Below the pieces are notes generated by a model that saw nothing but the letters and a program-made list of their open reading frames with translations, made no database searches and was not told the DNA's origin. Source: Acidobacteriota bacterium (GTDB lineage: Bacteria > Acidobacteriota > UBA890 > WLXD01). Taken from it: a stretch of DNA of 64,000 nt. The position numbers and the translations under genes are program-made. Below, one piece after another: positions 36,848 to 46,266 of the stretch. Within the stretch, counting starts at the first letter, position 1. Each line of letters starts with the position of its first letter. The DNA is taken from assembly GCA_965197275.1 (NCBI GenBank), contig CBDAMQ010000024.1, positions 46,393 through 110,392 of the forward strand, in the 5' to 3' direction.

Positions 36848-38494
36848 TCATTCGTTGCTCGAGAAAACTGGAGCCAGCAGGTTGTCGACTGGCGCGTAGT
36901 CGTCGGTGAGGATCAACCCGCGGGCCCGCTGCAAGACGATCTCCATCTCACCGCCGAGGTGATCGTCCTCAGCCCACGCGAAGACGCGGCCCCAAGCGTC
37001 CGGGACGTTCTCCTTCGGTTCGATATCCAGCACCGGCAGAGCTCGCCGGGAGCTCACGACGATGAACGTATCGCGCTCCTCCGTCGGTCCGTCCGGGTCG
37101 CCTGCGAAGACATACACGAACGGGAAGGTCAGTCGTATCGTGGCTACGTAGGCCCCCAGAAACCCTCCCAGCCCTTGGCGATAGATGTCGATAACGTTGA
37201 TCATGTAGACACCGTCCGGCGACATGACCTCGGCGAGCCGATCGTTGAACCCCTGCGTGGTCAAGTGGTAGGGCACGCCGAGATCGTTGAACGCGTCACC
37301 GTAGACGAAGTCGAACCGCTGCGGGTCCGCCGCGCCGCGGTTACGCCGCCTCAGGTCGTCAACGTAATTCCGCGCGTCCATCGCGTGTGTGCGAATACGC
37401 GTGTCGTCGTCGGCAGGTAGTCCCAGGGCCGCCTGCGCAGCCCGTTTCACCGCCGGATCGATCTCCGCGACGTCGATCGCCGACGCCCTGAAGCGGGATT
37501 CCAGGTAGCGCGGGAAGGTGTAGCCGCCCCCACCGATGAACAGTGCGCTGAGGGGTTGCTCGGTGTCTGCGAGGTGGTGCGTCACAGCGGCATAGACGGT
37601 TTCGTACCCGTACTCCAGTCGCGTGATGTCGTCCATGTTCACGTAGCTATGGACGAGATGATCCAGCGCCAGCACGCGCGTGTTATCGAAGTCCTCGGCG
37701 TCGTAAATCTCGATCGAGAAGTAACTGCTCTCGTCTTGATAATGGAGATGGTCGGTGGCGAAACGCAGCCCGAGGAAATGGCCCCAGCGCTCACTCCACG
37801 CCCATGGGCCCACCGACAGTGCCGAGACCAGCGACAGGATCGACAGCCACACTACGAAGAACGAGGCCGGACTGCGGCGCAGGCCGACGGCTGCCAGGAG
37901 GCCGAGGAGCCCGAGACCGCCGGCGATGGCGCAAACGATGGTCTTGGTGCCGAAAGCGTCGATCAACACATAGCCCGTCAGGAAGGTCCCGAGGATGCTG
38001 CCTGCAGCACCGCTGGCGTAGAGGGATCCGACCGTTGCGCCGACCTCACGGCGGGCCTCGAGCGCCAGCTTCGCGGCCACCGGCGAAATCGTTCCCATGA
38101 TGGTCGCCGGGGCGAGAAACGTCAGGGCGACGTTCCGGAGGATCCACAGAGGCCATGAAATAAACTCCGGCCGTTCCCAGGAACCCATCCAATCGACGAC
38201 GAACAGTACCGACAGACTCGACATCGAGGCGAGCAAGAACAGGGTCGTCAGCAGCGCGCGCGCCGGATACAAATCGGCGAGCTTGCCCCCGACGTAATTG
38301 CCCACCGAGATGCCCGCCAGCACCACGCCGATCACTGCCGTCCAGGTATACAGCGACACACCGAGATGCTGAGCTACGAGTCGAGCTGCGACGATTTCCA
38401 GCGTCATGATGAACGCCGAGCTCACGAACACGACAAGGCCCGCGCCGACCATTGCACGGCGCGACGAGGTGTGAGTAGCGTCTGGAGGCGGCAT
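36848..38494 (-). CDS. Fused polytopic membrane / spermidine-synthase-like (SAM-MTase fold) protein
   Basis: I chose the ATG at 38494 (MPPPDATHTSSRRAMVGAGLVVFVSSAFIMTLEIVAARL...). The upstream 175 codons of the track ORF are antisense to the dehydratase gene. About 7 TM segments are followed by LFIGGGGYTFPRYL...IDVAEIDPAV...FDFVYGDAFND. Confidence 0.75.
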   Translation of the reverse strand: MPPPDATHTSSRRAMVGAGLVVFVSSAFIMTLEIVAARLVAQHLGVSLYTWTAVIGVVLAGISVGNYVGGKLADLYPARALLTTLFLLASMSSLSVLFVVDWMGSWERPEFISWPLWILRNVALTFLAPATIMGTISPVAAKLALEARREVGATVGSLYASGAAGSILGTFLTGYVLIDAFGTKTIVCAIAGGLGLLGLLAAVGLRRSPASFFVVWLSILSLVSALSVGPWAWSERWGHFLGLRFATDHLHYQDESSYFSIEIYDAEDFDNTRVLALDHLVHSYVNMDDITRLEYGYETVYAAVTHHLADTEQPLSALFIGGGGYTFPRYLESRFRASAIDVAEIDPAVKRAAQAALGLPADDDTRIRTHAMDARNYVDDLRRRNRGAADPQRFDFVYGDAFNDLGVPYHLTTQGFNDRLAEVMSPDGVYMINVIDIYRQGLGGFLGAYVATIRLTFPFVYVFAGDPDGPTEERDTFIVVSSRRALPVLDIEPKENVPDAWGRVFAWAEDDHLGGEMEIVLQRARGLILTDDYAPVDNLLAPVFSSNE

Positions 38495-38684
38495 CTCGTC
38501 GGCTCGGGGAGCTAGCGAGTGGTTCGGGCGAGAGAAAACCCGCCTACTGGGGCTCTTCAACGACCGGCTAGTGGGAGAATCGGTGGAGAGTTCTTCGCCG
38601 CGCCGGCGGCTGACGATACCCGCAAGCGCCGGCGATTGCCAGCACTGGAGGGACGATGCGAAGCCGTATCGAGCCACCGCAGCG

Positions 38685-39647
38685 ATGGCGCCGATGATCG
38701 CCGCGCCGCCGTCACGGGCTGATATCGATGCGGCCGCGGAGCGCATCGCGCCCCACGTCCGCCGGACGCCGGTTGCCGAGCTCGACGGAGCCGAGCTCGG
38801 AATCCCGGGCATTCGCCTGGTGCTCAAGCTCGAGCAGCTGCAGCACACCGGTTCCTTCAAGGTTCGCGGCGCCTTCAACCACGTGCTCGCCGCCACCGTG
38901 CCGGAAACCGGCTTGGTGGCGGCGTCGGGAGGAAACCATGCGCAGGCGGTGGCCTTTGCCGCACGTGAGCTCGGCCATCGCGTCGAGATTTTCGTCCCGG
39001 AGACCACCCCTGCGATCAAGGTCGGGCGGTTGCATGAGCTCGGCGCCAGGGTCGTGCAGGTCGGCGAGGTCTACGATGTATCGCGCCAGGCTGCCGAGGA
39101 GCGTGCGGGGGCGACCGGCGCTCTCCTGGTTCATGCCTACGATCAACCGTCAATCGTCGCTGGCGCCGGCACGATCGGACGTGAGCTACAACAACAAGTT
39201 GGTGATCTCGACGCAGTCTTGGTGGCGGTGGGAGGCGGCGGGCTCATCGGCGGGACGGCGGCGTGGCTTCGTGATGAGGCGACCGTCGTGGCCGTAGAGT
39301 CGGAGGGCTGCCCGACGTTGTCGCAGGCGCTGGCCACCGGGGAACCGGTGGATGTGGCCATTGACGGTCTGGCGAAGGATTCGCTCGGGGCGAGCCGCAT
39401 CGGCGATATCGGGTTTGCTTGCGCCCGGCGATGGGTCGACGAGTCCCGACTGGTTTCCGACAACGCGATCAGGCGAGCGCAGTGGTTGCTGTGGGATCGT
39501 CTGCGGGTGATCGCCGAGCCGGGCGGCGCCACCGCGCTTGCGGCACTGATTTCCCGAGCGCATTGTCCTCGGGTTGGTGACCGGGTTGCCGTCTTGGTTT
39601 GCGGTGGCAACACGGATCCGGCGGCGCTCGTAGCGCCCACCGAGTAG
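38685..39647 (+). CDS. PLP-dependent threonine/serine dehydratase family enzyme (fold type II)
   Basis: LKLEQLQHTGSFKVRGAFN (PLP-lysine motif) and VAVGGGGLIGG (glycine loop). The start is set at MAPMIAAPP, but the upstream GTG/ATG options are unresolved. Confidence 0.75.
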   Translation: MAPMIAAPPSRADIDAAAERIAPHVRRTPVAELDGAELGIPGIRLVLKLEQLQHTGSFKVRGAFNHVLAATVPETGLVAASGGNHAQAVAFAARELGHRVEIFVPETTPAIKVGRLHELGARVVQVGEVYDVSRQAAEERAGATGALLVHAYDQPSIVAGAGTIGRELQQQVGDLDAVLVAVGGGGLIGGTAAWLRDEATVVAVESEGCPTLSQALATGEPVDVAIDGLAKDSLGASRIGDIGFACARRWVDESRLVSDNAIRRAQWLLWDRLRVIAEPGGATALAALISRAHCPRVGDRVAVLVCGGNTDPAALVAPTE

Positions 39648-39684
39648 CGTCTCGCAGGGGACCGCGGCGCCCGAATCGGGCAGA

Positions 39685-40881
39685 TCAGCCGAAACGCGCC
39701 GGTGCGAACGGTTCCACCGGCAGCGAAGTATTTCCGTCGACGACCAGGTCAGCGAGCACTTCGCCCACGACGGGTGCGAACTTGAACCCGTGGCCGGAGA
39801 ATCCGGCGGCAACAAAGACGCCGTCTGCGGCGGGGTGGGGACCGATGACGAAATGCAAGTCCGGCGTGTTCGTGTACATGCACACGGCACCCTCGAGCCA
39901 GCGGCCGTTGATCGACGGAATACGCTCGGCGAGACACGATCGAACGGCCGCGATGTCGGCTTCGTGCACGGTGCGGTCAAGACGCTCCGCGGTCGTGGTC
40001 TCACCATCGTGGTGGATCGCTGCCTTCACCCCAGCGCTGGGCCCGTCGAGCGCCGGCATGCCGTACAGCACCGGCCCGGCGCGCGGCTCCCAAAGGTAGA
40101 CAGGAAATCGATCGGGGGCGAACGCATCGAGGCCCTCGCTGGGCTCGAACCAGTGCATTACCTGACGCTCGACCCTCAATTGGAAGTCGACCGCGGGCAG
40201 GAGCTGGGAGGCCCAGGCGCCGGCGGCGACGACGAGAGCATCGGCGGTGTGGTCACCGGTGTCCGTCCGAACCCGCAAACCGCGGCCGGCTTGATCCCAT
40301 CCCAGCACCTGCTCGCCATAGCGCAGGTCGGCCCCGGCCGCCGACGCCGCCGCCAGGCAGGCGGCGACGCACGACTCCGGCGCCAGTACCCCGGCGACCT
40401 CCTCGTAGAACGCCGCCAGGTCGTCATCGGGTTCGAACGCCGGAAACCGCCGCCGAATCTCGCACGCGTCGAGCAGGTCATGTGGCAGCGCATGTGCTCG
40501 AGCGCTGGCCAGACTACCGGAGACGGCAGCGCCATCGGGGGGCCCGATCATCAGCAGGCTGGCAGGACGAAGCAACTCGGTCCGCGTCAGCCTTTGAAGA
40601 TGGCGCCAGAGATCGAAGGACCGTTGCACGAGTGGTACGTACGCAGGATCTTCCATGTACGCCGTGCGAATGATGCGCGACCGACCGTGCGCCGAGCCGA
40701 AGTCATGGGGAGGTACGCGGCGGTCGAGCCCGAGCACGGAGCAGCCGCGGGCGGCAAGCTGCCAAGCCGCGGCGCTGCCCATCGTACCCAGACCGACCAC
40801 GATGACGTCGTGTGACAAGGCGGTTTCTCCGCTGGCGCGGCGAGCGTTCCATAGACCAGTGGCAACGATCGCGCCGAGCAT
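39685..40881 (-). CDS. Monomeric sarcosine oxidase / N-methyltryptophan oxidase-like FAD oxidoreductase
   Basis: HDVIVVGLGTMGSAAAWQLAARG (FAD fold), GSAHGRSRIIRTAY, and C-terminal AAGFSGHGFKFAPVVGE. Confidence 0.8.
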   Translation of the reverse strand: MLGAIVATGLWNARRASGETALSHDVIVVGLGTMGSAAAWQLAARGCSVLGLDRRVPPHDFGSAHGRSRIIRTAYMEDPAYVPLVQRSFDLWRHLQRLTRTELLRPASLLMIGPPDGAAVSGSLASARAHALPHDLLDACEIRRRFPAFEPDDDLAAFYEEVAGVLAPESCVAACLAAASAAGADLRYGEQVLGWDQAGRGLRVRTDTGDHTADALVVAAGAWASQLLPAVDFQLRVERQVMHWFEPSEGLDAFAPDRFPVYLWEPRAGPVLYGMPALDGPSAGVKAAIHHDGETTTAERLDRTVHEADIAAVRSCLAERIPSINGRWLEGAVCMYTNTPDLHFVIGPHPAADGVFVAAGFSGHGFKFAPVVGEVLADLVVDGNTSLPVEPFAPARFG

Positions 40882-41015
40882 ACCGCGGCGGGAAGTTGAC
40901 GATGACCGTAGTGGGCGCTAGTTTTCTAGCAGCATGCTAAAGAAACGACATCGACGGATTGTCTCCAGTCTCGGCGTCGAGCTGCGGACGCCGGCTGACC
41001 GAATAGCGAGTTGCC

Positions 41016-41411
41016 ATGAATGAGCCGATACACCGTGATTTGAGCCGGCGTGAGCGCCAGATCATGGACATCCTCTATGAGCGCGGCGTGTCGAGTGCTG
41101 CCGATGTTCGTGCCCTGATGCCTGAGCCTCCGAGCTATTCGGCCGTGCGCGCTATGCTGCGGATCCTCGAAGACAAGGGACATGTCGGCCATCGGCAGGA
41201 TGGGCCGCGCTACATCTATCGACCGCTGGTCGCCCGCGAGCATGCACGACGTTGCGCGCTCCAGCACCTCGTGCGCACGTTCTTCGACGGATCCCGGGAG
41301 GCGGTTGTCGCGGCGTTGCTCGACGAGGACTCCGGCGCTCTCGAAGAGGAAGACTTCGATCGCCTTTCGGAACTGGTTGATCTGGCACGCCGTAGGGAGC
41401 CGAAGTCATGA
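41016..41411 (+). CDS. BlaI/MecI/CopY family transcriptional repressor
   Basis: 131 aa. LSRRERQIMDILYERGVSSAADVRALM... matches the penicillinase-repressor winged helix. Confidence 0.85.
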   Translation: MNEPIHRDLSRRERQIMDILYERGVSSAADVRALMPEPPSYSAVRAMLRILEDKGHVGHRQDGPRYIYRPLVAREHARRCALQHLVRTFFDGSREAVVAALLDEDSGALEEEDFDRLSELVDLARRREPKS

Positions 41412-43183
41412 GCACGCTCTGGGGAGTTCTCGACGCCGGTTTCGCCATCGCACTCCTGGTATCGCTGGCGAAGGCGGCGGCGGTGTTCCTGGTTGCTGAG
41501 CTCGCGGCCCGCCGGTTGGCAGGCTCGTCGGCCGCTTCCCGTCACCTGATCTGGGCGTCCGCGATCGGCGGCGTGCTCTTGCTTCCGCTGTTGACGTCCC
41601 TCGTTCCAGCGCTGGCGGTCCCGATTCTCACAGACAACGTGACCACCGTCGGGGCGACATCGATGTCTCCGTCCGCGGCGCTGCCGGCGGTTGGAGTGTC
41701 GACGATCCAACCCGGAACCCGGGCGGGCATGCAGCGGGAGGGCGCGTCGCCGCGCCGCCCGATTCAAGGTTCCCGCTGGCTCGGGGCCGCCTGGCTGCTC
41801 GGCGTCGTGCTGCTGATGGCACGTTTGGCTCTCGGCGTGTTCAGTGCGCGCCGCATGGTCCGACAGGGCCGGCCGGTGAACAGCTTGATCCAGCGCGAGA
41901 GCGACGAGGTTGCCGCGCTGCTCGACATGGCCCGAATTCCAGTGTGCGTCCACGAGGCGGCGGACGTACCGATGACCTGGGGCATCCTCCGTCCTGGAGT
42001 GATTCTGCCGCCGCAAGCAGAACGTTGGTCGCCGCAGCGTCGCCGGCTCGTGCTAGTCCACGAGATGGCGCACATCAAGCGCGGGGACTGTCTCAGTCAG
42101 CTCGCCGCCCATGCCACATGCGCCGTTCACTGGGTGAACCCGCTTGCGTGGCGCGCGGCGATGCGACTCCGCACCGAGCGCGAGTTGGCCTGCGATGAGG
42201 TCGTTGTTCGGACCGGAGCGCGCGGATCCGAGTACGCCAAGCACTTGCTGGACATTGCGCAGCAGGCAGGCGGCGGTTCGCCAGCACATGTTGTCTCGCT
42301 ACCGATGGCCCGTCCGTCACAGCTCGAAGGCCGGTTGCTGGCTCTCCTCAGCCCCGGTCGGAGGCATCGTGACCTCAACAGGAGTTGGCACGTGGCTATA
42401 GCGCTATCGACCTTCGTCTTGATCCTACCCCTGGCTGCGTTTCAGCCGTGGGCACCGCCGACCGCGGGGCCGCGCGTCGCCGCGTCGCAGGCTGATCGGG
42501 AAGCGGTGCCAAATGCAGCTGCGAACACGACGCCGGAGGCCGCCGTTGATGTACTTTCGCAAGCGCAGGCAGAGGTGGAGGCAGAGGCTGCACCACAGGC
42601 CCGATCGGAGGCGACGCGGACCCGTATGGGCGCGGCAATGGTGGTGGCGCTGTCCGACGACGACGCCGAAATCCGCGCCGCCGCGGCACATGCGCTGGGC
42701 GCGATGGGGGATGCGGTACACGTCGACGCGCTCGTGGCGGTGCTCACCGACGCTGACAGCGACGTGCGGTCGGAGGCCGCCTGGGCGTTGGGCATGATCG
42801 AAAGTCCTGCTGCCATCCGTGGCTTGATCTCCGCGGCAGGTGCCGAGCCTGCCGCTGGCGTTCGATCACAGATCGTCTGGGCGCTCGGCATGATCGAGTC
42901 GGTCGATGCGGTGGACGTGCTGGCGTCGCTGCTCGGCGACACGGGTATCGAGGTGCGTGAGCATGCCGCCTGGGCACTGGGCATGATCGAGAGTCCCGAG
43001 GCCGTACCTGCTCTCGTTGGCGCCCTTGCCGACGAGAACGTCGGAGTGCGCCGCCAGGCGGTGTGGGCGTTGGGGATGATCGAGTCCGACGCGGCGCTCG
43101 ATGCGTTGCTCGATGCCATGAAGGACGCAGACCGCGGCGTGCAGCGCGAGGCAATGGAGGCGATTGCTCGTATCGCCGGGTAG
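41408..43183 (+). CDS. BlaR1-type M56 peptidase sensor with C-terminal HEAT (PBS-lyase-like) repeats
   Basis: ATGA overlap with the repressor gene. N-terminal TM segments and an HEMAHIKRGD zinc motif. The C-terminus has five ~31-aa repeats of the form D.D..VR..A.WALGMIES, also visible as a 93-nt DNA periodicity at about 42640..43150. Confidence 0.8.
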   Translation: MSTLWGVLDAGFAIALLVSLAKAAAVFLVAELAARRLAGSSAASRHLIWASAIGGVLLLPLLTSLVPALAVPILTDNVTTVGATSMSPSAALPAVGVSTIQPGTRAGMQREGASPRRPIQGSRWLGAAWLLGVVLLMARLALGVFSARRMVRQGRPVNSLIQRESDEVAALLDMARIPVCVHEAADVPMTWGILRPGVILPPQAERWSPQRRRLVLVHEMAHIKRGDCLSQLAAHATCAVHWVNPLAWRAAMRLRTERELACDEVVVRTGARGSEYAKHLLDIAQQAGGGSPAHVVSLPMARPSQLEGRLLALLSPGRRHRDLNRSWHVAIALSTFVLILPLAAFQPWAPPTAGPRVAASQADREAVPNAAANTTPEAAVDVLSQAQAEVEAEAAPQARSEATRTRMGAAMVVALSDDDAEIRAAAAHALGAMGDAVHVDALVAVLTDADSDVRSEAAWALGMIESPAAIRGLISAAGAEPAAGVRSQIVWALGMIESVDAVDVLASLLGDTGIEVREHAAWALGMIESPEAVPALVGALADENVGVRRQAVWALGMIESDAALDALLDAMKDADRGVQREAMEAIARIAG

Positions 43184-43262
43184 GCTCTGAAGGGCACGAT
43201 CCACATGGCGGCGGTGGCGGTCACTCGGTATGCTAGCGGGCCGCTGACCAACCGGAGCCGCT

Positions 43263-44510
43263 TTGCCGTCCGAACCGCTGATCACCAACGACGCCGTTGT
43301 GCTGGGCATGCTGCTCGCGATGCTGGCGTTCGTCTTCACGACATCGCAAAGCGGCTCGCGCCTCTGGCAGCGGTTCTACTCGATCGTTCCAACGATACTG
43401 GTTTGCTACTTCCTGCCGTCGCTATTCAGTACCGCAGGCATCATCTCCGGCGAGTCTTCGAATCTCTACTTTGTCGCCTCTCGCTATCTATTGCCCGCCA
43501 GCCTGGTGCTGCTGACCCTCAGCGTCGACATGCGAGGTATCGCGCGCCTCGGACCCAAGGCGCTGATCATGTTCTTCAGCGGCACCGTGGGCATCGTGCT
43601 CGGCGGTCCGCTCGCTGTCTTGCTGGTCAGTTCGTTCGATCCCAGCATCGTCGGTGGCGCCGGGCCCGACGCAATGTGGCGCGGTCTCACCACCGTCGCG
43701 GGAAGCTGGATCGGTGGCGGCGCCAACCAGGCGGCGATGAAAGAAGTATTCGAGGTGGGCGACGACCTATTCTCGGCCATGATCGCAGTCGATGTGATCG
43801 TCGCCAACGTTTGGCTAGCGGTGCTGTTGTTCCTGGTCGGCAGGGCGGCGCGCATCGACGCGTGGACCGGCGCCGATACCTCGGCAATTGACGCGCTCCG
43901 TGAGCGCGTTGAGCGCCAACAACGGGAACACGAGCGTGTCGCCGGACTCACCGACCTGATGCAGATTCTGGCAGCGGGCTTCGGGGTCACGGCCGTGGCG
44001 CATTTCCTTGCGGATCGGATTGCTCCGGCGATCGCGATGGCGGCTCCGGGCTTGGCGATTTACAACCTGACGTCGCAGTTCTTCTGGCTGGTCGTCTTGG
44101 CGACGACGATTGCCATCGTTCTCTCCACCACCGGACTGAGGAAACTCGAACACGCCGGTGCATCCAAGATCGGTTCTGCGTGCCTCTACGTGCTGATTGC
44201 GTCGATCGGCATGCGCATGAACCTGATGGCGGTCTTCGACAATCCCGGCTTGTTCCTGGTCGGGGGAGTCTGGATGGTCATTCACGCCGCGATCATGCTC
44301 GGCGTCGCGCGGCTGATCCGCGCTCCGGTGTTCTTCATGGCGGTTGGCAGCCAGGCGAATGTGGGCGGCGCGGCCTCTGCTCCCATCGTTGCCTCCGCCG
44401 TCCACCCGGCGCTGGCGCCGGTGGGAGCGCTCCTTGCCGTGCTCGGCTACGCCGTGGGCACTTATGGCGCCTATCTATGCGGCCAGATCATGCGCTTGGC
44501 GGCTGGCTGA
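43263..44510 (+). CDS. DUF819 family polytopic membrane protein
   Basis: 415 aa, hydrophobic throughout, with an N-terminus (ITNDAVVLGMLLAMLAFVF) resembling DUF819. TTG start, uncertain. Confidence 0.65.
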   Translation: MPSEPLITNDAVVLGMLLAMLAFVFTTSQSGSRLWQRFYSIVPTILVCYFLPSLFSTAGIISGESSNLYFVASRYLLPASLVLLTLSVDMRGIARLGPKALIMFFSGTVGIVLGGPLAVLLVSSFDPSIVGGAGPDAMWRGLTTVAGSWIGGGANQAAMKEVFEVGDDLFSAMIAVDVIVANVWLAVLLFLVGRAARIDAWTGADTSAIDALRERVERQQREHERVAGLTDLMQILAAGFGVTAVAHFLADRIAPAIAMAAPGLAIYNLTSQFFWLVVLATTIAIVLSTTGLRKLEHAGASKIGSACLYVLIASIGMRMNLMAVFDNPGLFLVGGVWMVIHAAIMLGVARLIRAPVFFMAVGSQANVGGAASAPIVASAVHPALAPVGALLAVLGYAVGTYGAYLCGQIMRLAAG

Positions 44511-44555
44511 GTAGACCTGCGGCCCGACCGATCGGCCTCCGGGCTGGCTCAAAGG

Positions 44556-46262
44556 TCAGTTCGGCAGCGCGTCTCCGGGGCCCCATCCGGCAGCAGCGAG
44601 CCCCTGCAACAACGCCAGAACGTCTTGGCGCTGGGAGTGGAGCAACAGCACGAGCAGATCGCCGTCTCGGCCCCAGCGCAAGGCCGAGCGCACGGCATCG
44701 ATCTCGGAGTCAGCTTCCTCGATGCGATCAGACGGTGTTCCGAGAGCCAGCAGTCGCTCGCGGAGGCGCTCCACGACCTCGCCTTCGGCGCGGCCGCGCA
44801 GATAGCCGGGCATCTGTTTGAGGATGATGCGGTCGGGACGGCCGCGCCAGGTGATCTCCGCGAGCCGGTCAATGGAACGGTCGTCGCGATCGCCTGCTTG
44901 GCCCAGGATCACCAGGCGACGCTCGGCCGGCATCGCGGTCGCCATCTGCATGACGAGCTCCAGGCCCTCCGGATTGTGCGCGAAATCGGCATAGGCCTTC
45001 AGGGCGTCGAGCTCGAAGTAGTTGCCGCGGCCGGGGTTCTGCGCCGCGTCGCTGCGGAACCCTTCCAGACCGCCGCGAATCGCATCAGCGGCGAGGCCGA
45101 GTGCGTCGGCGATCGCCGCGGCCGCAAGCGCGTTGTAGACGTTGTGACGCGCTGCGCCGCCGAGCGTGGACGGCGCGGCGGACGTGGTCAGCAGCGGAGT
45201 GAAACGACCGTTCTGCAATCGGCCCAATTCGGCGTCCCGCTGCACGTAGGCCACGCCGCTAGTCGCGGCATGTCCAGGTAACGCGTGGTCGTCGAGTGTC
45301 AGCCAGGTCACCGGTACCTTGGTTGATGCGGCGTGGCGCTGCAGGAACGGGTCGTCGGCGTTCAGCAGCAGTACTCCGCCGCGGCGCGCGGCGCGTGCTA
45401 CCAACAACTTGACCCGCGCCAGAGCGTCGAGATCGGTAATGCCGTATTCACCGAGGTGGTCCGTACCCACGTTGCTCACATAGGCGACGTCCACCCGTCT
45501 GACAGGCAGGCCTCGGCGCAGAAGGCCGCCGCGTGCCGTTTCCAGCAGCGCCATGTCGACACGGGTATCACGCAGCACGGTACGTGCCCCCTCGCCGCCG
45601 GTATAGTCACCGTCGAGCACCGTGGTGCCGCCGATCTGCACGCCATCGGTAGAGGTGTTGCCGGCGCGCAAGCCTGCTGCGGCGGCGATGGCGGCAAGCA
45701 TCCGTACCGTCGTCGTCTTGCCGTTCGTTCCGGTGACCAGAGCCGCCGGCACGTCGTGCACGGCCTGCCAGGCCACGGTATCCAGATCGGGCAGCCGGTC
45801 GACCGGCCAGGCCAGTGCCCCGGACCCCAGCCCGACCGAGACGACGTCGTCGTCCCAGACGAAGGCGACCTTATGCTGGTCGGCCGCGGCGGCAAGCGTG
45901 AGCAGCGCGGGATTCGCCTCCTCCGCGATCATCGCTCGTAACTCGTCGAGGGTCCGGCAATCAGGCGCCTCGGCGCCGCATGCTTGCGCCGCCGCCGCAT
46001 ACGCGGCCTCGTTGATCTCGCAGGCGGCGTACAACCCATCGATCGGCGCGCTTATGGCAAGGCTGGCGCCGCCCGGATAGTGGCGGACGGCAGTACGCTC
46101 GTGTCGCCATCCGAGTTCCGCAAGCAGTCCGCGGACGGCTTTGCGCCACGCCTGAACGAGCTCTTCGGTCGCGCCCTCGGCGAGCTCGATCTCGATGACC
46201 GCGCCGGGCGCGTCTTGCAGCAAGCTCGGCCCCGTCAGGCGGCGCGAATCGACTAGCCGCAT
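44556..46262 (-). CDS. Cyanophycin-synthetase paralogue with only the N-domain and the Mur-ligase (M) domain; ATP-grasp domain absent
   Basis: The ATG at 46262 lies 4 nt after the cphA stop. The product starts MRLVDSRRLTGPSLL, compared with MKILDSRVYLGPSLY in cphA. The P-loop VTGTNGKTTT is at about residue 178, against about residue 499 in the adjacent cphA. The rest aligns with the cphA M domain (LETARGGLLR, VSNVGTDHLG). Confidence 0.75.
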   Translation of the reverse strand: MRLVDSRRLTGPSLLQDAPGAVIEIELAEGATEELVQAWRKAVRGLLAELGWRHERTAVRHYPGGASLAISAPIDGLYAACEINEAAYAAAAQACGAEAPDCRTLDELRAMIAEEANPALLTLAAAADQHKVAFVWDDDVVSVGLGSGALAWPVDRLPDLDTVAWQAVHDVPAALVTGTNGKTTTVRMLAAIAAAAGLRAGNTSTDGVQIGGTTVLDGDYTGGEGARTVLRDTRVDMALLETARGGLLRRGLPVRRVDVAYVSNVGTDHLGEYGITDLDALARVKLLVARAARRGGVLLLNADDPFLQRHAASTKVPVTWLTLDDHALPGHAATSGVAYVQRDAELGRLQNGRFTPLLTTSAAPSTLGGAARHNVYNALAAAAIADALGLAADAIRGGLEGFRSDAAQNPGRGNYFELDALKAYADFAHNPEGLELVMQMATAMPAERRLVILGQAGDRDDRSIDRLAEITWRGRPDRIILKQMPGYLRGRAEGEVVERLRERLLALGTPSDRIEEADSEIDAVRSALRWGRDGDLLVLLLHSQRQDVLALLQGLAAAGWGPGDALPN

Positions 46263-46266
46263 GGCT

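Noticed and set aside
40882-41015. BlaI operator in the divergent promoter region (TAGCA-GCA-TGCTA at about 40939)
   Set aside because: The inverted arms are only 5 bp and do not match the TACA/TGTA-type boxes of characterised BlaI/MecI/CopY operators. Too weak to call.
42640-43150. 93-nt periodic DNA repeat
   Set aside because: It is not a CRISPR array or a satellite. It is the coding repeat for the five HEAT units of the BlaR1-like protein and stays in frame throughout.
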